Assembly: GCA_030753015.1 (NCBI GenBank)
Contig: JASMDC010000005.1
Coordinates: 84,015-148,014, forward strand
Source: Candidatus Undinarchaeales archaeon
Lineage (GTDB): Archaea > SpSt-1190 > JASMDC01
Length of the DNA: 64,000 nt
Reading direction: 5' to 3'
In this document: one piece after another, positions 53,868-61,019 of the stretch
How positions within the stretch are numbered: the first letter of the stretch is position 1
Layout of the letters: each line of letters opens with the position of its first letter
Position numbers and translations under genes: made by a program
Notes under the pieces: generated by a model
Told to the model about the DNA's origin: nothing
Databases searched by the model: none
What the model saw: the letters and a program-made list of their open reading frames with translations, nothing else

Positions 53868-55666
53868 ATCCTGCTGAATGGATGGTGATGGAGCCACCGC
53901 CACCGGGGACGCGCACGGATGAGGATCTCATCAACGGGAACGCAGTAGAGCTCGTCCTCGACACCCGTGGGCGTGCACTGGAGCGTCGCTCCATCTTGTA
54001 CCATCACATAGGTCATGGTTGATGTGAAGCCGAAGGGGAACACCTGGACACGGAGAACACGCGGCGGTAGACGGAGCACGGTCTGCCCCCGGGCTGTCGT
54101 CCAATAATCGAACCGCGTCATTCCATCGCCCTCGACCGTAATCCCTTGGGAAGGCAGTACACGAACGTGCGTGCGAGGGATGGGCTCTCCATCGGGACCG
54201 ACAACACGCAGTGGGACCGCAGTCACGTCGTTGAAGATATGGTCCGTCAATCCCTGCTGGTCCACCCGGAGCAGATGGCAGCTCGGGCACGATACCAGCG
54301 GAATCCGCTCTACGAAGGGGAGCCCTTCCAGCACCGGCACTGGCCCGTGAGAGAACACCCACCGTGTCCCGTACCCGAGCATGCGCACAAGGGTGATGTT
54401 CTCGTCAGGTACTACATGCTCTGAAAACGATCCCGTGAAGAGTGCGATCTCCCTGAAGAAGGTCGGGGAGAGGATGACGCCCTCCGGATTCTCTAGCCCA
54501 CTAAGCTCTGCCAGCACGGCCTGGTTGGTACTCCAGATCCCCTCCCGAGCATCGGCGTGAGGATCGACGGGGATCGTGAGGACGCACCAGACCACCAATC
54601 CCGCCACCACGACGGCGGTGAGTGTGGAATCGCCTCGTACCGCGCGACGGACTCCTACCATCGCTAGCGCCACAAGGGGCAGGAGGATGGTGACCACGAA
54701 CTTCCAACGGAAAAGGACCGGTGTGTACACCGCGAACACAAGAAGTGGGGCGGCGGCCCATGCCGCGAGGAGCGGTACGGCCTCAGGCCGTTCGTCCTCG
54801 TCCCTCGACCTGAGGGTGAGGCCTAGGACGGCCAACGCGACAATCGGCCAGCCCGCGAACCCGGGCAGGGTCCATAAGGGCTCGTGCTCGCCCCCGACCC
54901 CCCACTCCTCGGCCTGTGTGCGTCCGGTCTCCTGCATCACCTTCAGGAAGATTGGAAGGCCGTTGGCGTAGAGGTACGCCGACCAGAGGAGCTGGCCTGC
55001 AACGGCTCCTGCGATGAACATGCCAAGAACGTGCATCTCCCTGTCAACTCCACGCCCGCGGGCCCGTCTCCAGGCGCTGAGGAGCGCGAGGGAGAGGAGG
55101 CAGGGGCCGTAGTTGAGCTTTGTGAGCATACCAAAAAAGGCCAACATGAAACCCCTGTAAGCGGCGTGCCGATCACCATCCAGAGCCTTGAGATATAGCA
55201 CATGGGTAACCGCGTACAGGAAACAGAGCATGGCAGGGTGGAGCACGAGGCGAGCGTACGAGACGAAGGCGGGGTGGAGGGCGAGCACCGTGATCGTCGC
55301 AAGGGCCGTCCGTCGGTCCAGGAGCGTCCGCAGCAGGATGTAGTGGAGAGCCAATGCCATGCCTGCGAACCCGGCCACCACCAGATGGGAGGCCCAGAGG
55401 ATATCGCCAGTGAACACCGTAACGGCAGCGATGACCGAAAAGAATCCGGGGGGATGGAGGATGAAGACCTTGGTCAGGAGGCGGGGAACACCGTCAATCA
55501 GGAGTGAGCGGGCCACGAGCATGTCGCGGTAGGCATCGTGCGCGGTAGTCGAGTCGAATCCCTCTAGAGAGGCGACGGGTACGAGCTCCGCGTGGTCCCA
55601 CCCGACGGCGTACCACATGGTGGCGAGCAGCACGACCAAAAGTGCAATCCGGTCCTCGACATCCAC
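53864..55666 (-). CDS. GT-C fold glycosyltransferase (PMT/ArnT, GT39-like)
   Basis: TM1, loop with HDAY...LHPPGF, LHPAFVSYARLVLH, MLTKLNY, multiple TMs and an extracellular C-terminal domain. GTG 55666 chosen from TATA spacing; ATG 55684 is an alternative. Confidence 0.78.
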   Translation of the reverse strand: MDVEDRIALLVVLLATMWYAVGWDHAELVPVASLEGFDSTTAHDAYRDMLVARSLLIDGVPRLLTKVFILHPPGFFSVIAAVTVFTGDILWASHLVVAGFAGMALALHYILLRTLLDRRTALATITVLALHPAFVSYARLVLHPAMLCFLYAVTHVLYLKALDGDRHAAYRGFMLAFFGMLTKLNYGPCLLSLALLSAWRRARGRGVDREMHVLGMFIAGAVAGQLLWSAYLYANGLPIFLKVMQETGRTQAEEWGVGGEHEPLWTLPGFAGWPIVALAVLGLTLRSRDEDERPEAVPLLAAWAAAPLLVFAVYTPVLFRWKFVVTILLPLVALAMVGVRRAVRGDSTLTAVVVAGLVVWCVLTIPVDPHADAREGIWSTNQAVLAELSGLENPEGVILSPTFFREIALFTGSFSEHVVPDENITLVRMLGYGTRWVFSHGPVPVLEGLPFVERIPLVSCPSCHLLRVDQQGLTDHIFNDVTAVPLRVVGPDGEPIPRTHVRVLPSQGITVEGDGMTRFDYWTTARGQTVLRLPPRVLRVQVFPFGFTSTMTYVMVQDGATLQCTPTGVEDELYCVPVDEILIRARPRWRWLHHHPFSRI

Positions 55667-55688
55667 GGGGAATAGGACGAACATATGG

Positions 55689-55696
55689 TTTATAAA
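55689..55696. promoter_or_regulatory. Palindromic bidirectional TATA box (GT-C / pfkB)
   Basis: TTTATAAA lies 21-22 nt from both divergent GTG starts. Confidence 0.6.
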
Positions 55697-55717
55697 GATG
55701 GAGACTCCCAGTGCCGT

Positions 55718-56590
55718 GTGGATGCCCCGGACCTCGTGGTGGTCGGCCATCTCACGCACGACCGCATCGTTCGCGGCTCGCAAGAGGACGCGTGCATGGG
55801 GGGCGTGCCCGCACACTTCGGGCTGACCGTTGCCGCCCTGGGCCTTAGCACAGGTGTGGTCACTACTGTAGGCCCCGACCTCGATCCTGACCACCTCCGC
55901 GTCCTGCACGCCGCCGGTATCGACCTCACGGGTGTCCGTATCGGTCAGTCGCCCACGACGACGTTCGTTAACATCTACGAGGCGGGCCAAAGGGTACAGG
56001 AATGTCCTGCCGTCGCCGACGGTATCGGTCCTGACGATGTACCGGCCGCTTATGAAAAAGCCCGAGCCGTCCACCTCGGACCGCTCATGGGCGAGATCGA
56101 TCCTGCGGTCGTCGACCGGTTCCCGCACGCTCGCATATCCTTGGATGTACAGGGATTGGTGCGTCGTCGGAAGGGCCGACAGGTGCTGTCCAAGGCCCTC
56201 GATCGGGATACGCTCCCCCGACGGCTCGACGTGATAAAGCTCGGTGAGGACGAGCTCGAGCTGGCCACTGGCACCACGGACGTGGTGGAGGGTTCGGAGC
56301 GAGCAGTGGAGCTCGGGGCCAGCATGTCCATCGTCACCATGGGCGTCCATGGCTCGCACGTGTACGACGGACGGCACCACGATATTCCCGCGTTCCCCGT
56401 GGAGGAAGTGGACCCCACCGGCGCTGGCGATGCCTACATGGCCGGCTTCCTGGACGCACTCCTCGCGGACCGGGATGTACCGGAGTGCGGACGGTTCGCC
56501 GCCGCATGCGGTGCATTGTGTGTTACTAGCGTGGGCTCGGGCTTCGCGCATTCCCGAAAGGAGGTGGAACGTCTCGCATGGGGGACATGA
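55718..56590 (+). CDS. PfkB-family carbohydrate kinase
   Basis: VVGHLTHD, MGG, LDVQG and VDPTGAGDAYMAGF. Confidence 0.92.
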   Translation: MDAPDLVVVGHLTHDRIVRGSQEDACMGGVPAHFGLTVAALGLSTGVVTTVGPDLDPDHLRVLHAAGIDLTGVRIGQSPTTTFVNIYEAGQRVQECPAVADGIGPDDVPAAYEKARAVHLGPLMGEIDPAVVDRFPHARISLDVQGLVRRRKGRQVLSKALDRDTLPRRLDVIKLGEDELELATGTTDVVEGSERAVELGASMSIVTMGVHGSHVYDGRHHDIPAFPVEEVDPTGAGDAYMAGFLDALLADRDVPECGRFAAACGALCVTSVGSGFAHSRKEVERLAWGT

Positions 56591-57639
56591 GTCGCCTCAG
56601 GCCCCTGGGTCTGGTCATCCTGGCCGTCCTGATCTACTACGTGGGCGTGGGCGAACTCGTGGAACGCCTACGATCGGCTGACGTCGGTGTGTTCCTGGCA
56701 GGATTCGCAATCCTCATCATATCAGGCCTCGTGTTCCTCGTCCGCTGGCAAGTGCTACTCCGCGGCATCGGTTACAATATACCATGGCGGTCTGCCTACG
56801 AGATCACGCTCCTGGGCCTTTTCTCCAACCTCTTCACACCCGGACGGCTCGGGGACATCCCCGTGCGCGCCTTCTTCCTCAAGAGACGCGAGGGCGTTCC
56901 CGTCAAGGATGGCCTCGCTACCACATCAGGGGACCGCTACGTCGATATCATGTTCCTCATGGTCGTCGGTCTCGTCTCCTTCTGGCTCCTGACAGGGACC
57001 GCCGAGATCGCGGCGCTCCAAGGTGCCGGGATGGTACAAGTGCGCTCGGCCGTCGCGGTCATTCTCCTCCTGATGGCGGCCGTGCCAACGGTCGCTCTTA
57101 CCCGCACTGCGTTCTTCATCGGACTGCTCAGGCGCGTGCTTCCCGAGCGTGTCGGCCCCCACCTCGACACTGCGGAGGAGGCCGTCCCCCGCCTCGTGGA
57201 CAACCTCCGCACGTTCCTCCATGGTCCGTCCCTGGCCGCCCTCATCGTATGCACCCCCGCCATGTGGATTCTGTACGCCCTTTCCTTCCACGTCTACCTC
57301 CTCTCATTCGGTGAGACGGCCGATCCGTGGATCGTGCTCCCGGCGTTCTTCGTAGCCTATCTCTTCGGGCTGATTAGCATGGTCCCTGGCGGTATCGGCA
57401 CATCGGACCTGGGCGTGGTGGCCATCCTGGCCTCGGCCGGGATCGACCGCTCGGCTACGCTCATCGCCTCCATCGCGGTGAAGGTCACGAACCTCCTCTA
57501 CGTCGGATGCCTCTGCCTGCTCATACCGGACCGGGCCGACATCGGGGAGGCCACTGCGGTGATCGGGGAAGAGAATGCTGGCACCAATCCTGTTCCGCAG
57601 GGGGACGGTTCGCCCGGACCGAGGTCGCGGGAAGAGTAG
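56587..57639 (+). CDS. Lysylphosphatidylglycerol-synthase-TM / UPF0104 flippase-like protein
   Basis: RWQVLL, NLFTPGRLGDIPVRA, DRYVD and ISMVPGGIGTSD. Confidence 0.88.
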   Translation: MSRLRPLGLVILAVLIYYVGVGELVERLRSADVGVFLAGFAILIISGLVFLVRWQVLLRGIGYNIPWRSAYEITLLGLFSNLFTPGRLGDIPVRAFFLKRREGVPVKDGLATTSGDRYVDIMFLMVVGLVSFWLLTGTAEIAALQGAGMVQVRSAVAVILLLMAAVPTVALTRTAFFIGLLRRVLPERVGPHLDTAEEAVPRLVDNLRTFLHGPSLAALIVCTPAMWILYALSFHVYLLSFGETADPWIVLPAFFVAYLFGLISMVPGGIGTSDLGVVAILASAGIDRSATLIASIAVKVTNLLYVGCLCLLIPDRADIGEATAVIGEENAGTNPVPQGDGSPGPRSREE

Positions 57640-57673
57640 CTTTAATAAAACCAATAGCGCCCTCTTCTATCGG

Positions 57674-59644
57674 ATGACGGCCATCGTAAAGAGCACGCAG
57701 ACAGGATCCTCGCGGTCTTCACCCCTGGGGACAAGTAGGACGCTTATCCTGCTCATCAGCCTGCTCGTTATCCAGGCCACGTTGTCCCTGGTAATCCTTA
57801 CACCGAACGGCCCAGCGTGGGGTATGGGGGAGTGCAACGATCTCCGGCAGGTCCGGGCCTTTCTTGCGAGAGGATTGTCCGGGGCCTCCGGGGTCCTGCT
57901 GGCCGGTGAGCTGTTATCGACCCTTGCACTGGTGGTGCCCGTGTCCGTCGTCGGCCCGGGGGCCCTAGCTGCGAAGAGCACCGCTCTGGTATTGAACGCC
58001 GCCCTCCTCGTTCTCATGGCCGCCACCCTCCTTCGACTCGGAGCACGTCGTGAGGCGCTGGTGCTGTCGGTCCTCGTGGCCGTGACACCCGCTCTCCTTC
58101 GCGCCCCGCTCCTAATGATGGGTATAAGCCCAATCCTCACGTGCCTGTTCATTTTCATCACGCTCGTCATCTCCCTCCCGTGGGAGCGAGAAAGGAGCGA
58201 CATCCAGACGGGTGTGCTCTTGGGATTCGGGCTAGTATACGACCGGGGGTTCGGGGCCCTTCTCATCGGTTTGTCAGTCGCCCGGTTCCGATACAGGGAA
58301 GCCTCGTGGTGGCGGCCAGCGGTGATCGCCGGGGCGACCGCTCTACTCCTCGTCATGGTCGGCGGACAGGGAGTGGACCGATTGTATGATACGCTCACAA
58401 CCCTGGCACCCGTGGATCCCATGGTGCTGGTCGCCACGCTCGCGGCCCTCCCCACCTCGATCATGTGTCTTTGTGTGGCTGGTGCGGCCCTCGTTGGCCT
58501 TCTTCGGTCACCACCAGGCCCACGGGGAGAGCTCGCCCTGGCCGCAGCCATCACAGGATTACTGTTCCTTGTAGTGACCACCGGTGAGATTCGGGATTCC
58601 GACATCACCATAGAGGACATATCCCTTGCCTGGGTGCTCCTCCTTCCTGCCGCGACAGCCGGACTCGAGCATCTTATGACCGGTCGTCGATATTTGGCCA
58701 TCACCATCACCGTGATCGCGATCCTGGGCGCCTGGGACCTCCTGCTCATCCCGGCTCAGACCGGTCACACTCTCCCCATTTGCAGGGAGAGCGAGGATAG
58801 GATCGTCCAATGGGACTGGACCGCACCAGGGACTGCGGGATGCCCGGATCAGAAGGGGCCCTGGGAGGACTGTGTCCGCCGAGCCGGGCGGGATGCTGTA
58901 TGGGAGGGGGGGGACCTGTTCACATCAGAAAGCCTCTCTGGACCGGTCATGCACATATTCGCGCTCGGCGTTGGTGAAGGGCTCGCAGAGCTCATGGGGC
59001 CGGGCAGGGAGGATCAGGTCGTCGGGTTGTGCGAGCACCTCGACACGGACCTGTCCGCCACCTGTGCCGCAGGAGTGAGCTCACGCGCGGGGGCTGGCGC
59101 TGCAACGATACCGGACTTGACCGATACTCTCTGCACAAAGATCGATAGGGAGCTACGCGTTAGATGTGCTTACGGGCTCGGAGCGGGGATCCTACTGGAG
59201 GCACGCCACCAGGGGCGTCCCGTAGGGGAGGGCATCGAGCTCTGTTCTCACCTTCCTGGCGCTATGCGTTCCCATTGCGTTCGAGGCTTCTCCCAGGTAC
59301 TTGTGCTCGTCCGCTCGAAGGAGAGCAGTGGTGATGTCCCGACATGGGAGCATTGTGAGGACCTCCCCGAGAGATACGTCCTCCAGTGCATGGGAGGATT
59401 GGGCCGGTTCGGCTGGTCCAGGGAGGTGACCCTCGAGGCTGCGATCGAGACGTGCGTGAGAACGGGTGATGAAGGCTCCATTAAGGCTTGTCTCATTAAT
59501 TTCGGCGCGGCCGCGGGATTGCACCACAGTGGAGAACCTTCCAAGGCTTTTGAACTCTGTGAGGGCCTTCCACGCGACCTAATGGGATTCTGCATCGAGG
59601 GAATCGGAGATGGCCTCTCCTGGGTGCTCGTTACAAGTCATTAG
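57674..59644 (+). CDS. Polytopic membrane protein with about seven C-terminal C-x10-C-x2-G repeats
   Basis: About ten TM segments, then LCEHLDTDLSATCAAG, LCTKIDRELRVRCAYGLG, LCSHLPGAMRSHCVRGF, HCEDLPERYVLQCMGGLG, LCEGLPRDLMGFCIEGIG. Confidence 0.75.
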   Translation: MTAIVKSTQTGSSRSSPLGTSRTLILLISLLVIQATLSLVILTPNGPAWGMGECNDLRQVRAFLARGLSGASGVLLAGELLSTLALVVPVSVVGPGALAAKSTALVLNAALLVLMAATLLRLGARREALVLSVLVAVTPALLRAPLLMMGISPILTCLFIFITLVISLPWERERSDIQTGVLLGFGLVYDRGFGALLIGLSVARFRYREASWWRPAVIAGATALLLVMVGGQGVDRLYDTLTTLAPVDPMVLVATLAALPTSIMCLCVAGAALVGLLRSPPGPRGELALAAAITGLLFLVVTTGEIRDSDITIEDISLAWVLLLPAATAGLEHLMTGRRYLAITITVIAILGAWDLLLIPAQTGHTLPICRESEDRIVQWDWTAPGTAGCPDQKGPWEDCVRRAGRDAVWEGGDLFTSESLSGPVMHIFALGVGEGLAELMGPGREDQVVGLCEHLDTDLSATCAAGVSSRAGAGAATIPDLTDTLCTKIDRELRVRCAYGLGAGILLEARHQGRPVGEGIELCSHLPGAMRSHCVRGFSQVLVLVRSKESSGDVPTWEHCEDLPERYVLQCMGGLGRFGWSREVTLEAAIETCVRTGDEGSIKACLINFGAAAGLHHSGEPSKAFELCEGLPRDLMGFCIEGIGDGLSWVLVTSH

Positions 59645-59730
59645 ACTTTCGCGACCACTTTATAAAGGCCCGCGGGAAAACTCACGTTAAATAGGTAGTT
59701 TTATGAACTCTGAACACTAGAATAATAGTT

Positions 59731-60516
59731 ATGCGAGATAATAGTATCGACAATGACACTTTCGCGGATAGACGTTTCGTCACCGCAGTGATTGCAATAA
59801 TGACTGCCGCCTTCTTGCTGATTCAGTCGGGGCCCGGTGTAACGCTCTCAGCCTCTGTGGGTGGCTCCGGTGAGGGGATTACCCCGTCGGGGGTCGAGGC
59901 CGCCATCGAGGCATGCGATCCTGCTCCTTTCGAACAGCGGCCCATGTGCTACCACCGCATCGGTAATGACCTGGGCCTCTTCTATATCGATGACATCTCT
60001 CTCGCACTGGCCGAATGTGAGCAGGTTCCGCTCCGGGCTCGCTTGTACTGCTTCGAGGGCATTGGTGAGGCCATTGGTTACACGACTGCTCCGGATATCG
60101 AAGCATCTGTACAGCTCTGCGAACAGTTCCCCTCGTCCGTGCGTCCGTACTGTTACTATGGAATCGGCGAGAGCTATGGATGCAAGATCGGGACGGAGCC
60201 CCAAATCCCGGTATCACTCTGCTCCTCGCTGCCCTCCCCGGCACGACTGTACTGCTCAGAAGGTCTTGGGGATGCCATCGGCTGGAAGTTCGGCTACGAT
60301 GCTAACCTCGCCATGGACCGATGCGACCTGCTCCCGGATGAGGACATGCAGGAGAAGTGCAAGCTCAATGTAGGGGACCGGATCTTCTGGCGGTTCGGAG
60401 AGAAGGATGGTAATGCCCGCTGCTCTGCGCTCTCACCAGACAGGGCCCAGTCCTGCCTAGAAGGGCGGGGCCGGTTCGCGTCGTGGCAGACCGGTTCTGG
60501 GATTGCCACAGAATAG
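59731..60516 (+). CDS. Secreted/anchored protein made of six 34-aa Cys-pair repeats
   Basis: Signal anchor, then units such as CEQVPLRARLYCFEGIGEAIGYTTAPDIEASVQL and CEQFPSSVRPYCYYGIGESYGCKIGTEPQIPVSL. Confidence 0.85.
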   Translation: MRDNSIDNDTFADRRFVTAVIAIMTAAFLLIQSGPGVTLSASVGGSGEGITPSGVEAAIEACDPAPFEQRPMCYHRIGNDLGLFYIDDISLALAECEQVPLRARLYCFEGIGEAIGYTTAPDIEASVQLCEQFPSSVRPYCYYGIGESYGCKIGTEPQIPVSLCSSLPSPARLYCSEGLGDAIGWKFGYDANLAMDRCDLLPDEDMQEKCKLNVGDRIFWRFGEKDGNARCSALSPDRAQSCLEGRGRFASWQTGSGIATE

Positions 60517-60592
60517 CGTTCGGACACCCCATCCCAGGAGCCGGGCCTCGACCCGCTCAAGGATTCCAGAGATAGTGTTTAGACTCTGTTAA

Positions 60593-60875
60593 GTGTCTCT
60601 AGGTCCATCTGACATTGGCGAAGGTCGGGAATGTGAGGTCGCACAACTATGCGGTGAGCTCGGACCTTACCACGAGGGGACCTGTCCAGCGGGCCAAGGG
60701 TCCCGGTTGGGGGCCGACCTCATGGCGACACATGATTCGCTCGTCACACCGTGCAGCGGGCTGGAAGGTGAGCCGGGAGCCCTGTGCGCCCAAGGCCTTG
60801 GGACCGGTGTCCTGCCGAGGTCCCGACGCCGGAGGATCCCGGTGGAGAGTGATATAGAGGTCAGTTCACGTATCT
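60593..60875 (+). pseudogene. Relic fragment of the Cys-pair repeat membrane-protein family
   Basis: GEGRECEVAQLCGEL...TCPAGQGSR...CSGLEGEPGALCAQGLGTG...IPVESDIEVSS aligns with GPGREDQVVGLCEHL...TCAAGVSSR...CTKIDRELRVRCAYGLGAG...RPVGEGIELCS of 57674..59644. Confidence 0.65.
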
Positions 60876-61019
60876 TCATCTTCATTGATTTGGAACGAAT
60901 TTCCTTATATTTTGTCAACCATACGAACCCAGTGCCTTACCGATTCTAAGTTCTAAGGGGTAATCTTTTAACTAGGGATTACGTACCTAGTACAATTTGG
61001 CCCTGACAAGGCCATACAA

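Noticed and set aside
55685-56551. Apparent 289-aa N-terminal extension of the GT-C ORF
   Set aside because: Antisense to the PfkB kinase; not a real fusion.
57667-58749. 360-aa minus-strand ORF
   Set aside because: Antisense shadow of the hydrophobic region of 57674..59644.
59642-59730. Amber read-through (pyrrolysine) joining the two split repeat genes
   Set aside because: An in-frame TAA follows a few codons after the TAG, and the downstream gene has its own start and signal anchor.
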